In this document: positions 58,401-64,000 of the stretch, in pieces
Numbering within the stretch: position 1 is the stretch's first letter
How the letters are laid out: every line of letters starts with the position of its first letter
Assembly: GCA_964035545.1 (NCBI GenBank)
Contig: OZ037770.1
Coordinates: forward strand, 13,134,642 to 13,198,641
Origin: Bugula neritina
Lineage: Eukaryota > Animalia > Bryozoa
Direction: 5' to 3'
Length of the DNA: 64,000 bases
Program-made: the position numbers and the translations under genes
The notes under the pieces: model-generated
What the model saw: the letters and a program-made list of their open reading frames with translations, nothing else
Database searches by the model: none
Told to the model about the DNA's origin: nothing

Positions 58401-60589
58401 AACATTTTTGTCAGTTCCAACACGGTATAAACTGGTCTAATAGTGACTAAGTGGATGTTCATGGTTATTAATTTATTCTGATTAAAATCATTTGCATTAG
58501 TAATGTGGTCACTGCGTTTTGTTGTGGCTATTATCAGACGATTAATAATGATTTCCCAGTCGGATTGCCTCCGTTTCTTGGGGTTTCTTGGCGTGTGACA
58601 TGCTCAGAATGATTTTCATTTGCATGTCTTACCTTCTCTCGATTTGCTAAACAATGCCACTGTTGCTAAGTGTGGTGAAAATAAGACCCAAATCAACTTT
58701 TCAGAAAACGCTGGTTGCTCATTTTGATGAGTAATACAGTTTCATTATTTTCTTTCTTTTTGAGTAGACATCTTTATGCTGAGTGACTATACTGAGTTGT
58801 ATTATTATACGTTCAAACAATAGCAAATGGTATGACCAGGTGTTGAGGTTAGTTTTTGGACTTGGGGAGAGAAATGGCAGGCTGAAACCACGCTCCGTAA
58901 TATACTGTATTCAGGAGGAACCAGAGATAGATTTTGGTCGATACTACATAATCTAGAACAGGACCATATTATTTTGTAGAGGGAGGCATTCGAAAGCCTA
59001 TTACAATTTTATAGGACTTTGGCTTTTTAAAAATATACTCATTGTATAAACACTAGCACTTTTTTTACGCACATGATGCTTTTTGAAACAGCACTGCATT
59101 TTTCTCCTTTTGAATCTACGTACTGTTGAATGAATTTACTGGCTGTACGATTACATGATTTATCAACGAGTCCAGTTTGAACCACAGTTATGGTTGCAAA
59201 CAACCGCCCTCTATAAAATGTCAAGCATTTTATTTAACAGCAACAAATTAACAATTTAGTGTGAGTTTCTAGCCAATTCATTTGAGTAATGGTGCCAAAC
59301 AAATGTGTTCATTAATTAAAGTGAAGGGAGTCTGTGCGTGTCTAAGACCTATATCTTCTGAGAGATTTACAGATGACCACATACCTCCACCCACCTTCCT
59401 GTAGACTTCATTGAGTGGGAGGGAGAAAATATTATTGTAATAATTCCCCCATCATGACGAAGGTAGCATTCTTCACAAATTCAAGAGGGAGTATAGAATA
59501 GAAGATGGGATTCTGGATTAGTTTGTTTACCGAACTCTTGTAATACTCAGAAAATCAACTTCCAATGGTTAAAAATGAAGTAATCACATTACTGGTGAAG
59601 CGAATAGAATTTTCATCATTTCAAAACATTGCAATTATATAAGCCAGTTGCAATGTTTTTCCAATGATGAAATTTTATACAGCCTTGATTTTATGGCGGC
59701 TTTTATGCAAAAAAAAACAGTTTTTTCTTCCTATATAGGACAATTTTGTGTTACATAATCTCATTGGTTTCGTATGTGTTAAATCCGAAGTTGATGTAAA
59801 ACCAATCAAAACCAGCGTTATGGAGGTAAGAAGTGAACCTTCATTGGTGTATTTATTGACTCACAAAATAAAAATGGTTCTTTAATCTCAAAGATTTTAT
59901 TTTATCTTTAAGTTACACACAACAGATATTTGCTATTCTTTCTAATAGTTCATTATGCAACAATAAACTTATCAATATTGAAACTTTTTTCAGTAACTCC
60001 AGCGTAATACACCAATTTGGATTGTATTAATTTGATATGTGAAGACATTAGTAATCATTTTTTTACATTATAGGAAAAATATATTTCCACCTTTATTATT
60101 CATCACCATGATTGTATCTGAATTCTTAGCTTTTAGTGTGTATGACTTATCACCTGCCGTATTATGAAACTTAAACCCTGCGAATGATTTCATGAATTAT
60201 TGTTTTTCACCAATTTCAACATTGTCCAAGGATGGTAGGTTTTTATTGAGCCAATTTACTCGCTCTAAACACGTTTATGAGTCTGGATTATTATTCTCAA
60301 TCAATTTAAGAGAGTTTAAAACATTCAGATCCTTATGATTATTCAATAAATGTTCAATAATATATTTTTAAGCTGGTAATGGGGTGCTTTTAGCATTGTT
60401 AAACAAGTATACTTTTTTTCTCATAATATTTTTGAATTTTTGCTCGATTTTGTTGGGCAAAAATTATTTATTTGGTCCCGTAGAAAAAAATTGTCAAGTG
60501 TTGAATAAGCTCAACGCTTTTAAATAGACTGTTCCCAGTGCAATGTATTGATCTGTTACTTTATAAATTTATTTAATTTCATCTTCCAT
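55450..60589 (-). pseudogene. Decayed, apparently intronless long ORF of uncertain identity
   Basis: Manual translation from ATG 60589 (MEDEIK*IYKVTDQYIALGTVYLKALSLF...) gives long protein-like single-frame runs broken by scattered stops and a few frameshifts, e.g. EVCFNTYLKVRNSEAPIFKPNHFIHPKYLKYFYDDDNQMKE*TFLEY near 57150-57290. Boundaries approximate. Confidence 0.45.
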
Positions 60590-60969
60590 TATGATAGCTA
60601 CTGTTAAGGAGAGGGTGAAGTTTTGCATTCCTTTCTAGTTTCTTATATTCAAATGAATCAAACCTGCGCACAGCATTACTTCACCTAATTCCGGTTGCAA
60701 ACACATTGTTATGGTATTTGAATGTGCGGTGGCCCCTGGTAGACGTCATGACCTCTATTTTTCATCTGCACAGTGAAATCATTCCACCATCTGGATCCTC
60801 GTGACACGCGTATTCCTATCAGAGTTCTAATTTAAGAACTCAGGCATGCAGAACGTTACAAAACTTAGGTGGTTAGTCACTTCAGTTTTGTATTTAACAA
60901 AAAATTAACCAGTAAGGAGTTGTTGGTTGCCATGGTGAAACGTATGCAAATTGCGTTGCTAATATTGAC

Positions 60970-61005
60970 TATAAAATAGTGAGGGCACAGTAACCAGCCA
61001 TCAGT
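60970..61005 (+). promoter_or_regulatory. TATA box (TATAAAA, 60970) and Inr-like TCAGT (61001) of the EGF-domain gene
   Basis: Canonical spacing; followed by a non-coding exon ending at donor gtaagt (61147) and an acceptor at 61378. Confidence 0.7.
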
Positions 61006-61410
61006 AAGTCTATACGAGGAATAGCATAAGCAAGGCTGGTCCTTGCTCCACTCATAGAGTTACAACGTAGAGAAAAATATAAATTTGTAGTATTACCAGT
61101 TGGAGTATAAGTTTGATACTTTGGAGCTGTTTACAAGTATTCTGTGGTAAGTTTTATTTGGTTTCTAAAGATTTTCTCTGTTTCTAACAATTTTTGTTTC
61201 TGAGCTTTTTTAAATGAGGTAGAAAGTTGATGCAATATTTTAAAAACCACCTCAATTTTGCAGATAGCATATTGGTAAATAACTTGGTAAACATCTTTTA
61301 TTAGTTTTTATCCTTGCTTAGTTTTTTTCATGTGAATAATTTTTTATCAACAATTGTATTTCTGTGTGTAATTTGTAGATAACTAAAGAATTTATAATAC
61401 AAAATAAGCT

Positions 61411-63902
61411 ATGAAGGCTTTAGCAGTGGTGGTAGTGCTGGCCATGGCGGTTGGCCTCGAAGCTCAACATGATCTCGATCCTCTATCAGGTACGTTTCTG
61501 TTTCCTCGTTGCTAAGTATTATTTCATTTCAGCCAAGTCTCTTCCTCAATAAACTATCTCGTTGCTTAGTAATGTTACTCACGTTTTTTAGAAATCATAT
61601 TTAGTAATTCAAGTTTGGTAGTTTGTTGACAAGTTCTTTTAACATTATTGGCGCATTGGAAAGCATCCATAAGGGCAACCACAGACCTGGTAGATATTGT
61701 GATATACTTTATGCAAATCATGATTAAGTAACTAATTTGTCATCTCATGTCACGTCTGCACTGATTCACAGGATTATCCTGTCCCAAAGCCGGATACATG
61801 TTCCCAGACGCGGAGAATTTATGTTTCGTCTGGTTTTGTGAACGAGCTGGAGAGGCACCCATCAAGAGAATGTGCCCCAAGGGGGTCAGAGTTCCAACAT
61901 GGTGGACGGGCGGAGAGGTCGGCGTCTGCAACATCGTGAATATCGTGAAACATGGCGGAGAGCCAATCTGCTTGCGATGTGCTGCCGATGATGTTAAACC
62001 TGATGACAGTGAGTTTCGCTGACTTTTAAAACAAATTAAAAAAATTAATTTTTTGTTTTTGATGTTTTTCTGTTTAACAATAAGAGCTGTAATAAAGGTT
62101 GTAATCTCTACAAGCAGTTTGTTACAAATACTCTGAATCATCAACAAGTATGAGTAGAGAATGGCTGATATTTGTTTCATGCAATTTGTAAGAAAAGTTG
62201 TATTTTGAAAAATGTAACTGATTTTATTTAAAAGTAAAGTTTCTCAGCTCTGTGTATTGTCTTGAAGCTGCAAATAACTTTTAGCTTAGTTTTTTCATCA
62301 TTCAGTCTGATCTTACTGCTCCTTGACTTGAGAGTCAGAGGAGATAACTGCTTGTTCAGATTATTGTACTCTCTTATCTGATGTACCTAATCCAACTCGT
62401 GTCTTTCTTTATTCTTAGGCTGTGCCGAAAGACCGTTTCCATGCGACGAAGGATGCACATGCGTAGACATTGAGCACACTCATAAGTGTGACTGCCCAGT
62501 AACACTCGGTGTAGTCGGGGACGGCTCTGTACCAGCCCGTAAGTACTCTCTATCTGGTTGGTTCCCTGGCTAAACGCTGATGTACTGATAATATTAGTGT
62601 TATCAGATGTGCAGTCAGGGGGCTTGAAATGAATTGTTTTGGGATTATGATTATGGAAATTGTTTGGTAAGCCTTAGAGATAATCCAGATTAATGTAAGT
62701 TCAAACCTCAAATGTTTCTGTGCTCATCTGCAAGATCTGTCACAGTTACAATAACAAGGTATTTCCTTTGTTAAATGCCATGGCATACCACTTTGATACA
62801 ACAGATGTTTTTTTAGAAATTTCTAAAACAAGTTCACATAGTTTCAATTTTTCCAAGGTGCAGATCTTTCTGTTCACCTCCAGGTTAGTGTAACTCCATG
62901 TGGGTTTAGTTTATTATTTTTATCTTGTAGCTGTTGACCACTGTTCACCTGAGCCATGTGTGAATGGAGGAACTTGCCAGAACCAATGGGATGGCTTCTT
63001 TTGCTTCTGCCCTAATGGCTGGACTGGACACAGATGTGAAACTTCTGGTAGGTTCTGTCAATGTTTACATTGCTTCTTCATTATCTCTAATTTTTCTCAC
63101 TTAATCCTGAGTTATTGAATTCATTATTTAGTTATAACTTAATGCCAGCTCACTTCTACGCTTTGAAGTTTGTATTACTTAGAACCATCTTAATTCATGA
63201 ATCAGCACTTGAAATTGTCTAATTACCTATTTATGGTAGCCTTAGCTCTTTGGGTTTCTGTTAAGCCAATGGGCTCACAGGTCCAGATCTATATAAAAGT
63301 CTTTGTGTGAATTAGTTTTCTCATGTAGCTTTCATGTCCTTCTGCTAGGTCTCATGTCTAGTGACTGAGTATAATAGTTCAGTTATTAGAAAAGAGAAAT
63401 CTCAGCATGTCTTTATAACCTTTTGGGACATAAGTTTTTCAGCTGAGGATTCATAAATTCGATTACTTAAATAATTAAAAGTTCAAAGGCTTTGATTTCC
63501 TAACAACCCATTAACTTACACATATATTTTATACATCTTTAATTCCTTGTCAACTAGTCAGGTAATTGATATTCTTTCTGTGACATTCGCCATGATTACT
63601 CTGTCGCCATGTTTAATAACTGCATGTATCTACTCGTCTCCTTATTTATAGATGTAATATACATTATTTATCACAGTTTGTACATTATAGACTTCCAGAC
63701 TCTTATGTTTCTTCTTGAACTCTTGTAGTATGTGACTGGCACCCATGTTTGAACGGCGGTACATGCGTCATAGACGAGATCGGCTATCACTGCGAGTGCA
63801 CCGACTGCTGGGGAGGATCCTGCTGCAACGAGACTAAACCTGAATGTGGTGTTGTAGAGCCAGGCTGTGCTCCTTGTTACGAAGGACCAGACTGCAAGAC
63901 TA
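61411..63902 (+). CDS. Secreted protein: signal peptide + chitin-binding type-2-like Cys domain + EGF repeats (5' part; continues beyond the window)
   Basis: Exons 61411-61489, 61772-62008, 62419-62538, 62931-63047, 63729-63902 (all phase 1). MKALAVVVVLAMAVGLEA; CPKAGYMFPDAENLCFVWFC...CPKG; EGF DHCSPEPCVNGGTCQNQWDGFFCFCPNGWTGHRCE and CDWHPCLNGGTCVIDEIGYHCEC. Confidence 0.88.
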
Positions 63903-64000
63903 GTAAGTACCCCCACCCCCTTTTTTGCAGTTTCAAGCTGAGGATCTTCCGCTAATTGTTTGCTGTATGTGATCAGATAGTAAAGGGGAGTTTTATGTTT

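Noticed and set aside
55450-60589. NUMT or alternative genetic code explanation for the fossil ORF
   Set aside because: All three stop codons and frameshifts occur, and no mitochondrial protein motifs were recognised.

Overview
AT-rich, intron-rich nuclear DNA from an invertebrate metazoan (taxon cannot be fixed from sequence alone; no prokaryotic features, no CRISPR). Eight spliced genes were reconstructed by hand from GT-AG boundaries with consistent reading phase. In order: TDP-43/TARDBP (-, 3831-8789); a WD40-less protein ending in a tomosyn-type R-SNARE motif (+, 10486-17475), with a ~2.9 kb foldback element in its first coding intron; a secreted Asn/Gly-rich protein with six Cys-pair repeats (-, 18570-26126); a C-type lectin/PAN gene nested antisense in that gene's intron (+, 21712-23648); a GPI-anchored 5'-nucleotidase (-, 28523-39224); a small acidic orphan (-, 41178-41776); NEPRO/DUF4477 (+, 43515-55126); and a secreted chitin-binding-like/EGF protein running off the end (+, from 61411). 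A ~5 kb decayed intronless ORF (-, ~55450-60589), tRNA-derived SINEs, two MITE families and many satellites fill the rest. Three leads stand out: (1) the TDP-43 gene carries several candidate autoregulatory elements (a 1.27 kb UG-rich minisatellite filling one intron up to the acceptor, duplicated frameshifting splice donors, and a possible short-isoform acceptor just past the stop codon); (2) the mini-tomosyn; (3) the GN/Cys-repeat secreted protein with its nested lectin. All family calls are from motif recognition; no searches were run.
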